A stretch of DNA of 54,752 nt, the filler included, from Jimgerdemannia flammicorona (taxonomy: Eukaryota), in NCBI GenBank assembly GCA_003990765.1. It is 2 parts of 2 records of this genome, joined end to end, with 100 filler letters (N's around TTAATTAATTAA, not from the genome) between each part and the next. Parts side by side here need not be neighbours in the genome. Positions count along the whole stretch, not along the records: positions 1 to 27,331 come from RBNJ01000638.1; 1 more part is not named here. The stretch is one strand, 5' to 3'. A program made the translations under genes and the position numbers. The notes below the pieces were generated by a model. The model made no database searches and was not told the DNA's origin. It saw only the letters and a program-made list of their open reading frames with translations. Numbering within the stretch: the stretch's first letter is position 1; every line of letters starts with the position of its first letter. This document shows positions 11,901 through 25,617 of this stretch, one piece after another.

Positions 11901-14900
11901 GCGAGGTACCGGATTTGGTTATGAACGAAGCGGAATACCAAGGGAGTGGGGGCATGCGATATTCAATGGTGAAGGTAGCAGTTGGTATCAAGAAGGCACG
12001 CACTCGTATAACGTGTGTAGGAAGCGATGTATCTTGAAATGAGGAAATAGATGTGAGATGTTTAAGCGAACGGCAAAGTCAGTTAATGTTTACCGAGGCG
12101 CGATTTTCTTGACGTTATCAAGCAACGTATAGCGACATTCCCATCAGAGTCGGCTTGAATTTAGCTTTGTTGCTCCAGTGATGCGAAGCGGTGGAAGCTC
12201 TGACGCGCGGGAAGGAAGCGCTTCGATGGGTTATCTTCGGACATACTACTTTGCGGACAATGTCGTAGGACGGTCCGGGACGGCGTCACCATCTAGGAAT
12301 TTAGTCGGTGCGTGGATGTAAAGATGCATTATTATTACAACACCTTTCAATCAAATGGTGAAAATCACGTAAAGTTTCGGGAGATCATTTTTCCGTCTAA
12401 TATCGTCTTTTTTTTTTTTTTTTTTTTTTTTTTCGAATATCTTTTTTGGCATCGTCTCTGTTGGAGTGAGAATCAGATAACCCGGCCGGTTTCGGGACCA
12501 TAGTGTCTCTAAGCTAGCGCACACGACCGTAAATATGGCTCAAGTGTATCACCCATTAGTTTTGTTGCGTTGTTGCAAATATACTCCCTACGGAGTGGAG
12601 AATGCCTAGAGAAGCTTTGCAATGCCCACTATAACCAAAATGGATGGCGACATGTATGCAGGAGCTCCTGCTAATCTTGCTCAAGATACGTTGATTACTC
12701 TATCGTTTTTGGAAACGCCTCAAGTTTGTCGTCATTCTCCCAGCAGTCAATTATGTTTTGGTAAACCCTTCAAGAAACTGTTGCAATGTTAATATTTCAA
12801 GTGTTGTCTGCGCAAGGTGTAGTGAAGCCCCAAGCCACAAGCTGATAGGACAAACTTGAAATCTCTGTAGTGGATCGAAGAGTAGAAGGCGACCATTTAG
12901 ATATACGTGTCAGCATTTTGCATCGTAATCCATGAGTAATTATAATGAGGATGATTTTTATCGGCCTCTGGTGAGGGCGATGGGATTGCGATCTTTGAGG
13001 GAGCTAATCCACTATGAATCATCTAAGGCAACCCAGTCAGTTGTGGTACTGGGGGGGGGGGTTTTTTTTTGACTGCATTCAGGCTTTCTGGGAAATGAGC
13101 TCTTACGATTCGAACTCCCAGTGGATGAGGCTTTGGTATGCAAACGAGGAAGGGTTTGGGTCAAGTCGGCAAAATGGTTTGGCTAGGCTTTTTTTCTTCT
13201 TCTTCTTGGGGTCCATTATCGAGCCCAGCATATTTTTCATGTGCTTTGACTGCTCACGGCCCGACGCGGTTGTCCTGGACCCCTGCGACCCTGCAACCCT
13301 GCACCGCGCCTCTATCGCATAATCCACCAAAAATGGGAAGCTTGATTTGTTTGGCCTCGCACCCAAACAGTACGCGATCTTTTCTACCATATTCAGTCAA
13401 ACAGGTGGTCTCCATCAAGTAGTGAGCGGTTCGAGTATGGACATCTTCCGCTCCTAATCAATTCATCGAACTCAAGTCTTGAAGAACTTCATCGTCACAT
13501 GAAATTTGGCCTGAGATCTCAGCACCGGCGTCGGAGCTACTAAACGTATCAAGGTTCCTTTGAGAGTGTTTTCGATTCAATACTCCTCATAGCACTATCA
13601 ACCGTTTGAAAGCCCCGTGCCACGGGCCACCATCCGTTTCACCGGCATGCATGGCCTTCGTAAGACCTGCACGAATCTTGAATGGGCCCATTCCAAGCCC
13701 GCGTCGAATCTCAGGACATCTCCACGCCACGTTATTGTTCTTTTACAAAGGATCGGTGGCTTTGTTTGTTACCTGATAGTTAATACTATACACGCTGTGC
13801 AACGAGTTTCGAACGACCGATCAATATCAACGATGCATAGTTGTCTGTATTATTATTATAAGTTCAAATAGTCAAATAGTCGGGAGGGCATGCATGCAGG
13901 TCACTGATCCATCTAAATTTCAGGATTTTCCCCTAGACCGGCCCTGTAAATATCCATAGTGGTCACAATGTCGCAACTCCGACCCACCATTCAATTCTCC
14001 ACTTGATCGGCGATGCTCAATTTGCCGATGTCCTTGCACATTTACGAGGTCGATCTCATCATAACGGATGTATCTTCCTAGTTGTCTACAGGCTGGAATT
14101 TGACCTTTCGCTATCGCTTATGGTTTGGCGCGAAGGACAACATTCCATAGGATGGGGCGGAATAAAGACTTGTTTTTGCCATACTTGTTATTCGTCTTCG
14201 GGCTCGGATCTCGGGGATTTCGAGGAGCAATGGCGTTATCAGTATTAATAGCGTATTAAATTATCCCGAGACCGTGCTCCACTGTGCTCAGGTCTAACTC
14301 GACGGTTGTTGAGATGTTCTGTTTCAGTAGCTGGCGCTGTTTACAAATTCTGTTCTAGACCCTGACCAGAGGCTGAGCTGGGCCCACGAAATCACCTGTT
14401 TCCTCATACGGAGATTATAGATTTCAGACTAGTCCCCTTTTAGTTACGCTACCTTGTCAGCTATGAAGCACAAAATTGAGTCGGTCACATTTGATTTCAT
14501 AATATTGGTATAGGGGGTAGAGATCTCACCCCTCTGTTCGACCTATTCGAGGGGTGCAACAAGGGTACCCTGAGGACCCACGTAAAGATCCCCCTGAATA
14601 CAGGATATCTTCGGTAGCAATTCCGTTCTAATTTTGTCGCTCGGTCGGCTCACGGATGAAATGAAAACGTGGCACCAGGTACCCGCAAGGTTTCCTTGCA
14701 TTTGAGAAACCTTCGGAGCCAAATTAATCGCAAAACAGGTGTTTGGGATTGTCCTGTTGTGCTTACGGTTATATCACAAGCAATCGCTTTTTATATCATG
14801 TGCGTGTATACAAAGGCTCAGCGTAGACCTGCACAAGGTCCAAAGAGGCTGTGTTTCTAACTCGGTTCAGATTAGATACCATTTACATATACAAGTCGGG

Positions 14901-15903
14901 TGCTCCCCTTTAATGAGCAATCTACGCATTATTTTTGTCGTAGTAGGGCAATCATCCTGAACAGAGCGAAATCTGTTCCGAATAGCGCTTTTGAACCTAT
15001 TTCGACCGTTGTGGAGATCATCGATCATGAGTCCGGATTCTTCCTGTGTGTCAGCACCACGTTGCTGTGTATCAGATTCCTGCTTCCAGAACCACGAGAG
15101 CACCTGTTCAAGGACAAGTGGCAATCACGAATCGATGTATATACTAACTGCCCAAAGAACCTCCGCTCCGAATTTCTTGCATGTGATATGCGTTCAGGCC
15201 CCAAGCCAGGGAAAAACTTTCCCGGCAGCTTATCATATCAATATTTGAATTGATCTTCCACATCTCAACGTGAAACACTGGTGCGCGTCGGACCGGTACC
15301 CATCGGCATAAATCTTGTGCTTACGTTTCCCAGTGATTTGGAGTTCGGTGGGATCATCGGAGTGATCATCATCACATGCGAATTAGTACAGCTTCTCTCG
15401 AAAGCACTCCTTTTTGACCTATCTTTCTATCCATCGTGTGGTAAAACAACTTTCTGGACTCGAACAATACATTTATGCATGACAATTGTGCGGGCAAGAT
15501 CCGTTACTATCGCCAAAAAATGCATTTTGTTTGATTTGAGCGGGGATGAAATCCTCACATTGCGATTTAGGTGGCCGCGAAATCTACCTTTTCGAGTTCG
15601 CAGACGCGTAACGACGACTGTAAGCGGAAACCACTCAGAATTTTGAACGGGGAAGCCGAAACTCGCAGAATGGCATTTCTGCTAGTATGTCGCCGATTCT
15701 TTCCTTCTCTATTTTAATCTATCCTTATGCTGACGTTCCGTTCGCGGCCGAGGAGCGGCCGAGGAATGGCATGTAGTGCAGATATAATACGAATCCTCGA
15801 AAAAAAGAAAATTCATGCAAACGTGGGCACCCAGCCACCGGGATCCGATGCGAAAGTTCGGAACCTATACTGACGATTGCAGTCGGCCCAAGGCTGCACT
15901 ATT

Positions 15904-15943
15904 CCCACAGCCCAGCCTGGATACCCACAGCCCAGCCTGGATA
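15904..15943. repeat. Perfect 20-bp tandem duplication
   Basis: cccacagcccagcctggata x2. Confidence 0.9.
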
Positions 15944-17025
15944 GTGGTCCCATGAAACCCTAACCCTCACCTATACACTGTCAAAAAGTCAATGTACTCT
16001 GTTGGTCCGCAAGTTCGTAGATGACAGGCTCAGAGAACCCTTGGATCATCCCGATAGTACACGTTCCCGGTACTGTTTACTTGTATGCCGTCCTTGGCTG
16101 CCATGAGACCATAACCCGCATTCGGGAGATTGCCCCTGACCTTGGATTTCACGGGCTTCAGCTGCAACGTCCCTGACCTCTCTCATGTTGACAGCTTTTG
16201 CTCCCCGGTTTTGGAAGGTCGTGTCCGGATTCGCGCTATTGCAAAATAGAAAGAAAAAAAAAAAAAAAAAATACTTGCGTTCTCGAATGCGGTAGACTAC
16301 TATCAGGCCCGGCGTAAATAGCGCGGTTCTTCTGTCGCACACTCCCGTGGGTCAAAATTGATGATTGCAGATCGGTCCTGAACGCAGCCCGTTAAGTGCA
16401 CGATCCAAGAGGGCAGTTAACAAGACCACTATTAATTACTAACAGTTGTGAGAAAACCTCATTGGAAGGCGAATGCTAGGCGTAGGGGGCAGGGCGTGTA
16501 AACAGTTGGCGCCGAGCCCCAGAAAGTTCATATTAGTAACGAAGTATTGTGCTGATTTCGCTGCTGGAAGCGTTACATCATACGCCTTGTCAACGAAGTT
16601 GCTCGAAAGATGAATAAAATGCATAATGATGTTGACCATGTATGTTACCAGTGACGACCTTCACACCATGACGCAGCATCACTGGATCACTGGAGCAGCA
16701 GATATTGATGATAGGATGTGCCTCGGGCCTGGGGCAACCTATCAAAAGTAGCACTCGCTGCGGCTCAAAAGCTGTGGTTGCCCAGATGAAGCACAGACAG
16801 CATTGGACAAGGGGTGCGTCAAGCCATAACAGGGATCGCTCCTAATTGGGGTACAATAATCGAGTAGTCGGAACAGGAAGCCCGTTCAGAATATGTATGC
16901 CGATCTGCATCCCAGGATTTTTTTTTTTTTTTTTGTTTGCATATCAATTTCCCACTAGCCTCACCCTCTTCCGTCCGTCCTTACTCACTTCTCTCCGCCA
17001 TCCCACATTCACCCGGAACTGCCGA

Positions 17026-17033
17026 TATAAATA
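17026..17033 (+). promoter_or_regulatory. TATA box of the small gene at 17231
   Basis: TATAAATA within a pyrimidine-rich promoter, followed by a CA-rich leader. Confidence 0.6.
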
Positions 17034-17230
17034 CCCCTTCCTCCACGCTCCTTCTATTTGAACCAGTTCCAAGCATACTGCGCTCACGATCTGACACACA
17101 CCACCTGACACACACCACCGCAACCTTCATCTTACACACAGCACTTTACCTCTACTCTCCTACCAATACTTCCAAATCCACCAACACCTTTCGGAGTAAC
17201 TTCCAGATACCGTTGATAAACACCACAACC

Positions 17231-17452
17231 ATGGCACTCTGGATGATCGTCCTCAACAAGGATTTCATGATCCCTTTTGACAAGGACAATCAAAGCGCTC
17301 TAGAAGATGCCGCGAACATTGGCAAGATCTGCATCCAAATCCGCGACACACACTTCTCGGGTTACGGCTCCGTCTCCGTAGATCTTGGAGGAGACTTAGT
17401 CTGGGACAAAAGCAAAGACAAATGTTTTCGCATCACGAGAGTGAGGGGTTAA
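17231..17452 (+). CDS. Small (73 aa) WWE-like single-domain protein
   Basis: Good start context ACAACCATGG; MALWMIVLNKDFMIPFDKDNQSALEDAANIGKICIQIRDTHFSGYGSVSVDLGG resembles the WWE pattern (W...P(F/Y)....Q..LE.A...G......VD); the upstream part of ORF 16937..17452 looks like UTR. Confidence 0.6.
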   Translation: MALWMIVLNKDFMIPFDKDNQSALEDAANIGKICIQIRDTHFSGYGSVSVDLGGDLVWDKSKDKCFRITRVRG

Positions 17453-20400
17453 ATGCCTACACACCACCTGAACGAACTGCCTCAGCAAGCTGTCCAATCG
17501 AAAATTCTCAACACTCCGCCCGAAACACCGCATACATTACATTCTTTTTCATCTTTCTCACATTCTTTTTGATCTTTCTCTATCATCACGCACATACGCA
17601 TATGTCGTTCGCAGAATGAATGAATAATGCTAAGCTTATGCTGAAGAACCTTCTCTTGAAAGGTTCTTCGTTATTATAACTTTAGCACGCGCATCGCGCG
17701 CATACATGCTCTTCAATTTTTTTTCTTTCTTTTTTACTTCAAAAGCTAACCATATTATCATAGAAACACTGTAAATTATCAACCACCCAACTGTACATAT
17801 TTGAGAGTGGTGACTGTAAACATAAACATGAATTTATTGCCGATTGATATCGTAGCATCCGCTCTCCCCCAATGGTCATGTTGTGGTCACTTATGTGATG
17901 GTCGAGGAACAGTCTGATTTACGTTTTCGATTCGAATCATTCGGAAATCCAGTTTGATTATGGGCTAGCCTTGGTAAGCGATATATATTTTAATTCAGGT
18001 AATTGGTGGCTTGTTGTACCCACTTGTGGCTTTGGAGACACCAAATACTGGTGTTACATGAAGTACCTATACATTAAGTGACATGAAGAATAATTCAGTC
18101 GGCGATGCAACGACATTCGTCCTTAACATCGTCGCACCACTTAAACGTTATTGTTAAGTGGCCGGACACTCGCCGCTTATGGTACCAGTTCTGTCCTCGT
18201 GTCCGTGCAGACCCACTTTCTGTCGTTGATATCATGCAGTGAACCCTGGTCGGCCTCATGTATCTGACCGATCTCTTGTTGTACTCCGACAAAATAGAGC
18301 AGCACGACCCTGCATTTTGACGTGCTCACCCATTTACCGGATCCGGAATTCGATTGATCCGTCGATCGCGAACGGGCCACGAAGGGTTACAGCGTCATTG
18401 TACGACTGAAGGCCATCTGACGGAACTGTTTCGAATATAGTCGGTCATAGCGTCATATTTTTTTTTCGCCACAACTTAGAAGCTCGGAAGATATAGTATG
18501 GTCAAAATAGTAGGTTCAATAGAAAATGATATATGTCATTCCACCTTTTGTCATAGACAATGAATCAGTAAAGATGTATTAGCAAAATCTATTCCTTCAA
18601 ACATTGAATTATTATAGGTAGTTCTCTCAATTCTGTAGCATGAATGATTGCTCCTACCCATAACCATCTTTAATTGAACATTTACGCTTTAGCTTTCTTT
18701 GCTGGAAGTAGAAACGATAATGGTATGCTGAATTAAGCAAATAAAGGCGCAGTCGACAACGCTGAGTATATTGTCGCCATTAATATCCTTGCGGATCAAA
18801 ACGAAGATGGAAATCCGCTCCCACCCCAGAGTTCCTTTCGGTTCACTTGAGCTTTACACTGCACTTCCTTAATAAAATAATAAAGATAAAAATAAATTTT
18901 AATTTTAATTGTATAAAATAAACAAATAATAAATAAAAAGGGTGTATGAGCTTTTGATATTCTTCCTGAACTCAATTCCTGTTTCTCGTTCATCTGTTAT
19001 CGTACTCTTGGCACTCTGGGTGAACACGACTCCCGCAGTCCTTAATCTTAGTGCTGTGTGGATATCTGTCTAGTGACCCCGCATACACATACACCAGCCC
19101 CCAATATCTGAGTGGAATCCAAATGGGGCGATTTTTTTTTTGACAGAGACAGTGTTGTGGACGTGGTGCAAACCTAAAGAGTTGAACGCTTTCCAACCCA
19201 CAATCAACCCACTTTCTCACAAGCTAACCCGCACTCTTCTCAGCCTACCATACGCTCGCCGTCGCCAAAAACCTCACCCTGATCCTTCTTGTATTTATCA
19301 TAACGCTCAACATTTATCGGGCTTGTCACTCCGATAATCGTAATGCGTACCATATGCCGGTAGGTGTTGTGACCCCCTTACCGAACTCCGAACAATGCAC
19401 CAGAGAGATCTCACCGCCGTTTATGGGAGTTTCGATTCAGCATTAATGTGTTCGTTAAAGTGATTCTTGGGAGAGTGAACCCGATTACGAAGTAACGTTC
19501 TGGGATGATTGTAAGTTGCTACAGTCTGTAGGACTTTTTCTTCTGGCATTATTTGTTGCAGCATCAAAATATGCTGACAGAGCGATTTGATATTGACTCA
19601 TCGGAAGATATTCAAACTCGCCTATGGAGCCTCAGTAGCAACTATCACCATACTAAAGGTGCCAACCAATCTTTGACAAGTGTAATTTGGCGCTAACACA
19701 AAGATTAGATACAAGTAGAAGACAAACACCAGGAATCAAAGAGGAATCTTGTACCCGACGCCAACAAAACGCCAACGGCGGGCTCGTTGTTGGTTGCCGC
19801 ATGTAGCATCATGTGTAGACAAGTGAACCATTGTGAATAGCTGATGGTATATCGTCTCCTTTATGCGGAGTGGATAATTTTCTTCGATACTATTATGCCG
19901 TAGTCCTTGTTTCTGATCTCGCAACTCCAACTTTCGAGCTGTGCCCTTCCTCGAGGAAACGGCAGTTTTCTGGTTTTTATTTTTATTTTTTGCTAGGACA
20001 AGATCAAAGTTCGCCTTTAAACAAGTGATAGATCGGCGACGCCCAAGATGCAGTCAAATCCAATCAATCCCTCATAACCTTTATAAAAGGATGATAGAAA
20101 AATAAAGCCGCATCTTTCTATCATCGACGCATCTCCACAAGCACACTACCTCCGCAAGCACACTACTCCCATCAAGCATGTCCGTGAAAATCCACAACGA
20201 TTCCGTTTGCAAGCAAACCCGCAAGGCCGATCTCGAACACCAGGTTGCGACACATCCGGTCAACGGCGTACGCTGTTTCAAATGCGGGCTGTGCGGAAGC
20301 TACGCACACAAGATTAGGTGAGTTTCGTTGTCTTCAGTTATTACCAAAAGATCAAATGCAAATCCGTCCGTCGATGATATCTGATACTGATGAAATACTG

Positions 20401-21643
20401 AAATATGCGCTGTGTGCAGGGATTGCAACAAGCTCGAGCATTGAACACTTGGAATAAGGCTCTTAGTTTTCCTGAGGCGACATACGGTAACCTGTTTTAA
20501 AAAATTCCGCCGTCAAAACACATTTATTTTTTTCAAGTACATTACTGCGCTGTGTTATTGATGTAATGTTTTTAAGCTTGGCGCATGTCAGGCCAATTGA
20601 AAAATAGGATCTAAAAATAAAGGAAAATAAAGACACTATAAGGAACAATTTGTTGCTCTCCAAGCTTGTAAATAAGGTGTGCCTCATTTCCGCCTTAAAG
20701 AAAGAGAACGGGAAGTGGTAGCAAAACAACAAACCAAAAAGTGACAAGCCCACGGAGAAGAAGGAAAAAGTATGTTTTGTTGGGGGGGTCTGGAGACTCG
20801 GCGCTCCCAAATCGAGAGATTTTGACCTGGTTTGTTAGGCTGTCAAAAAATCTGGATCGTCATGCACCTTGCCTAAAGTGGTGGTAAAGAACCGGACAAC
20901 CAGCGAAGAGGTAAAGACCCGCGACGACGTTATTATAGTAGACAGCACAAGAAGGCGGTGTATAATTTCAGATGCCGTAATTCGGTTTGGGTCAACCAGG
21001 CTTTGTAATATATGTACAATTCAATTTTCCGATGTCGTCTGTATGGTTTTGGAGACTGACAGAGTCAAAGTTCATGTAGCCTGTTTACGTTGGAAGTGAC
21101 ACGTCTGGCCCGGCTCTGATATCACTGCCTTATAATCACACGTTCGAAATGACATTCTATCTACATCTCCCATTCTGTAATCTCTCTGGTACATGTATAC
21201 AAGCTTAAGGCTTGCACTGAGATGTTAGAAAGGACCTTTCGGTAAACTTAAATATATACATAGCCATTATCAGTCTTCCATCATTGATTCATCATTCAGG
21301 GGTAGGGTCGTTGTGTGCTTTCCTATGCGTCTTTGTTCATTCTGCCATTTTGGGACACAGGAAAAGGAGCGCCACCCAGACATGGATGCTGTAACAGTAC
21401 AGGGTGTTGGGTGCTGGGAGAGAAAGGGTACTTCCAGCTCATTTGCGAACGTCAACAAAGAAAAGTCGTTACACTCGTGCATACTCTTACGTCCAAAGGA
21501 CGTTGTGTATCACGCCTCAACCCAACGTGTTCGTACCTCGACACCTTTACTCCTTCTATTCGAGAGAACCGACCAGCTGTCAGCAACACGATAAGCAAGC
21601 CAAACAAAACGCTTAAGTTATCTTGAACAGTAGAACCCTCAAG

Positions 21644-24149
21644 ATGCTACGCGCAACGCACGACCCCGGCTTCTACAATACCTTTGGCCAGTCGACCACG
21701 GAGACCCTCGGCACAGGCCCTGACGACGACAACTGGGATGACATCGAATTCCCCGCTAGCAGTTTCTTCTCAACCGACTTCGGCCGCTCTGTCTCTTCGA
21801 CCACTGATTCGGACGTCGACCCACTCTACTGGCTGCAGCACGAACAGGATGTCTCTGGTGTACTCTCGAGCGTCTCTTTATACGACTCTGACTCGTCGCG
21901 CTTCGGATTCTCGCTCGGCGCTCGCTCCGACGACACCGCGCCGTCATCGGTCGGAGAGAAAGAGGAAAAGGAAATGTTCGTCGATTTTGAGGACGGCCTC
22001 CGATCCGAGGACTTAGAGAACGGGAAGAGGAACACGCGCCAAACGGTTGGCCTGGGGAAAACAAAGGGGGCAGTTATACGGCTGGGTGGGCACAGGAAGG
22101 TAGTGGATTCGACGGGGGATTGGGATGAGGATCTCGAGATCCCGGAAAACGGCCTGTCGTTGAGTGCTTTTACAGAGAGAAAGATGACGATGGTGCAGGA
22201 GATTGAGGAAGACAAAGAGGATCCATTCAATCTTAGTGATTTGGACATCACTTTCGACGAGGATGTGGTGGGGAGAGGTGTGCAGATCTTTGTGACAAGC
22301 ATCGAGGGTGAAGCGGAGTCTTCGGCAACCCAGAAGTCCGTTAATAATTCGGATTTACAGCCGGCGCCTTATGCTGATGCTTATAGCACTGACATGCTGG
22401 GCGACGAACTCGAAATACCAAAGGACATGAACATACTCCAGCTTTCTACTCGTTTTCGCGAGCAAAGCTCAGACGACCAACCTAATGATTGGGTCACAGA
22501 TCTGACTAACCTCTCCGGCGGAGCACTCGATTCCGTCGTGCAACCCAGCACTAGCCAGGTGAATGCTGTGCGCAGCCTGTCCGCGAACAGCCTCGGGAGC
22601 AGTGAAGACGAAAGTTTTGACGACATTGTTTTCCCGGAATCCATGGACAAACTGAAGCTTTCGGTCGGGGTGGAAAGTGAGTCCCCAAATCCACCTCCGG
22701 CAGCTCCCTCCCTCCAGTGGCACGATTCGGACGAGGAAAACTTCTTGTCTGGCATTGTCGTTCCCGAAGACACCGCTTTCCTCATGTCCCTAGGGAATCA
22801 CCATAACGTCAAGCACAAACCGCAACCAGTGCGCCCCGTTCGTCAGCTCGAGCGCCATGTTCTCCCCGTGCAAGTATTCTTCACACCACAACCCTCTCGC
22901 ATCCCACGGCCGAGCCTCGTGTCATCTAACAGTTCGTCGAATCGTTTGGATTCAACCCCAAGCAAAACTGCTAATATCGCACGCTCGGTCCAAAAAATCA
23001 ACGACTCTATCTCTCTGAGCCATTCGTCGTTTGTAAGCACCCCTCCGCGCACACGCGTTTCCTCCACCCCCAGCACACAAACGCTCAACCCCGCCCTTTT
23101 TCCCTTCACCAAACCCCTTGGAAAGCGCGCCTCAAGTCCTTCACTCCGCTCTGCGAGCACTCCTACAAACGGGTCTTCCACGCCACCACCAAGCTCTCCA
23201 CTTCGTCGTACCACGCCGACACTAGGCTTCGCCTCCTCCACTTCAACCCTCAAACTCCCACCAGCCCCACAGCCATCTCGCTCCACGGAACTCCGCATGA
23301 ACCTGCTCTCCAAGCGCGCGTCGAGCGCGCAACTTCGTACCATCCCGTCGCCGGCCTCCCTCCCACCGCCGCCGCCTCAACCGCAACTGCAACCGCAACC
23401 GCAATCGCAACCGCAACCACAACCACAACCATCCGTTACGCGCGCGCTCACGTGGTCCGGCTCGCCCGCGCGGGTCGCGCGCCCCGCGACCACGGCTACG
23501 GCTACGGCCACGGTCACGTCTGAAGTAAAGACCGTGAAAACGGCGAATACGTTGATGATCATGAGGAAGCCCAAACGAAGGTTGCGGTACGGGGATGGGA
23601 CGGAATTAGATGGGTTCGATGATCTACCAACCTCGGCATTGATCGAAGAGAAGTTCAGAAAGGAGCCGGTGAGGGGGGGTGGAGGTAAGAGTGCGGAAGA
23701 TGGAAGGAATAGAAGGTTCGTAGGGATGGGAGATTGGGATGGTAAGTATTTTTTCAAGATTATTATTTTATTTTTATAAATGTAATTTGATTATAAGATG
23801 ATTGTCGCCTCTCACACCTTTTCACTTCACTTGCCAAACGACCGCGACAAAGTTAAACCGCACACCACTTCAAATTTGAGACTGGCAACGCGCGAATCGT
23901 CCAAGAGTGGAGGTTTGATGCCACAAGGTCAGGATTCGCAGAGCGTGGTAAGTAGGAAAGAATGACCCTAAGCGGCAGCGCAATTATGCTTTGCTTTGAA
24001 TCTGGGGAGCCATCCATAATATTGTACATGAAATGGTGCAGAATGTAAATTGAACGACTTACAATATCTTCTAGAAACAAGGAAGACGACAACCTAACTC
24101 CATACGTCAGCTGGAAACACCCAAAACCAAAGGTGTTTTACTTTATTTC

Positions 24150-24211
<62 letters not shown>

Positions 24212-25105
24212 CCGTTTCTTGTCGTCTTTGTGCAATGGTAACGAGTCTTGATATCACCGTACATACCGCAATTGCCTTTTGCTCTTGAATAAATCCAACC
24301 AATCTTGATACTGTCCAGTCATTGGCGACATGACCTACAACCCTGCCCACCGCCGCTGGGAAGGTAATGAATCCGCTCTGCGCGATTTCGATTCTGGGTT
24401 CCATTCTTTCAGTTCGGGCGTACCTAACGGTCCATCCGCTCGGCCTGCCCTGATCTCGAACCTCGGTGCCGTAAGCAAGATTGCGCTAGTTGTGGGAAAC
24501 ATGGTTTTCGACCCGGAGCGGATGTGTTGGGTGAAGAACCCAGGCGCCGGGAACGAAGACAGTGAGGAGGAGGTGGAGGAGGAGGAAGATCCGTTCGCGG
24601 GGATGGATGACGATGATGACAATGACGAGAGGGAATGTGATGGTGGGAGAGAAGAGGCACAAACGAGCATGGTGTCATTGGAACAGGCGCGAGCGGGGTT
24701 GCCGGGACGGCGCGCCAGCGTCGGAACGCGAGCGAGACCGCGTGCATTTTCTGCGTCAGGTGCGAGAGAGTTTGTGGTGGGGACGGAGTTCGACTTGACG
24801 TCGGAGGCGGTGGACAGATGGATTGGCGAGGAGATGAGACATCGAGATGAGATGGGGAAGTGGGTGGGGGCGATGGGTGCAAGGTTGAAGAATGCGGAGA
24901 GGTATGGCGTTGGTAGAGAGCATCTATATCAGATTCGGAAGGTGAGCAATCAGTTTCGATCTTGAAGGGGACAGACCCCACAGATCTTGCATAGATTTTT
25001 GCATCTGAACGATTGTTATGTTATGCAATGATTACATCGTCTCACACACTTCTTTTGTTTTTTCCGATTAACTTGCTTCAGCTTAACTTACCGCGGCGTG
25101 CATAA
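21644..25105 (+). CDS. byr4: Byr4/Bfa1-family two-component GAP subunit (SIN/MEN cytokinesis regulator)
   Basis: Motifs YGDGTELDGFDDLPTS, MTYNPAHRRWEGNE, PALISNLG, VGNMVFDPERMCW, FVVGTEFD. Predicted exons 21644-23741, 23853-23947, 24075-24132, 24319-24941 and 25082-25105; alternatively the CDS ends at TGA 24965 without the last intron; start codon uncertain. Confidence 0.85.
23378..23431 (+). repeat. Coding hexamer repeat (CAACCG)n encoding a QP tract in Byr4
   Basis: QPQLQPQPQSQPQPQPQP. Confidence 0.9.
24152..24211 (+). repeat. Intronic poly-T (60 nt)
   Basis: Lies within predicted byr4 intron 24133-24318. Confidence 0.95.
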
Positions 25106-25617
25106 TGTCGAATACAAATAATATGAATAAGCGAGGATATAGATAAGCGGGCAAAGGTGGTTTTATATCGAGCCTTTGCTGTGGATTGCATGTATTGTAT
25201 ATCTTATTCAAAATGACTGCGCGACCCCATGAATATTTGTTGTTTTTCATATTAGTTATTGGATTACGCAATTGGCTTGGATATTTGTGTGAATTACATA
25301 TCGACTTATCTGCCATTCGCCTGAGTGTCGTGCCGTGTCATGGTTGAGGAAGAATATTTGGCGGGTGATCATGGGAAGTGAGTTCCCAAATGCACGGGAT
25401 TTCATTCTCAATCATAATGAGATGGGAAATAGGTATGTCAAATTCTTTGTGAAATACACAATCAAGTTAATTTATTTAATAGACAGCTTCTCGAAGCAAT
25501 AAGCCGATCGATCTAACTATGTAATTAACGAGGGGAAGAGGGGGGAAAGAAGAAAAAGAAAAATGGCTACGACTATTGACTCATGACCCCGTACCCCTGA
25601 AACATTTGCTAGGTATT

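Noticed and set aside
15954..15970. AAACCCTAACCCT telomere-like motif
   Set aside because: Only about two units; not distinguishable from chance
16090..16150. LPNAGYGLMAAKD (minus strand), resembling the SET-domain N-terminal motif
   Set aside because: A single short motif; no downstream SET motifs could be found
16937..17230. N-terminal 98 aa of the 171-aa track ORF
   Set aside because: Non-ATG start, contains the TATA box and CA-rich leader; the real start is more likely 17231
21684..23757. Multiple overlapping and antisense ORFs
   Set aside because: Shadows of the long byr4 exon 1
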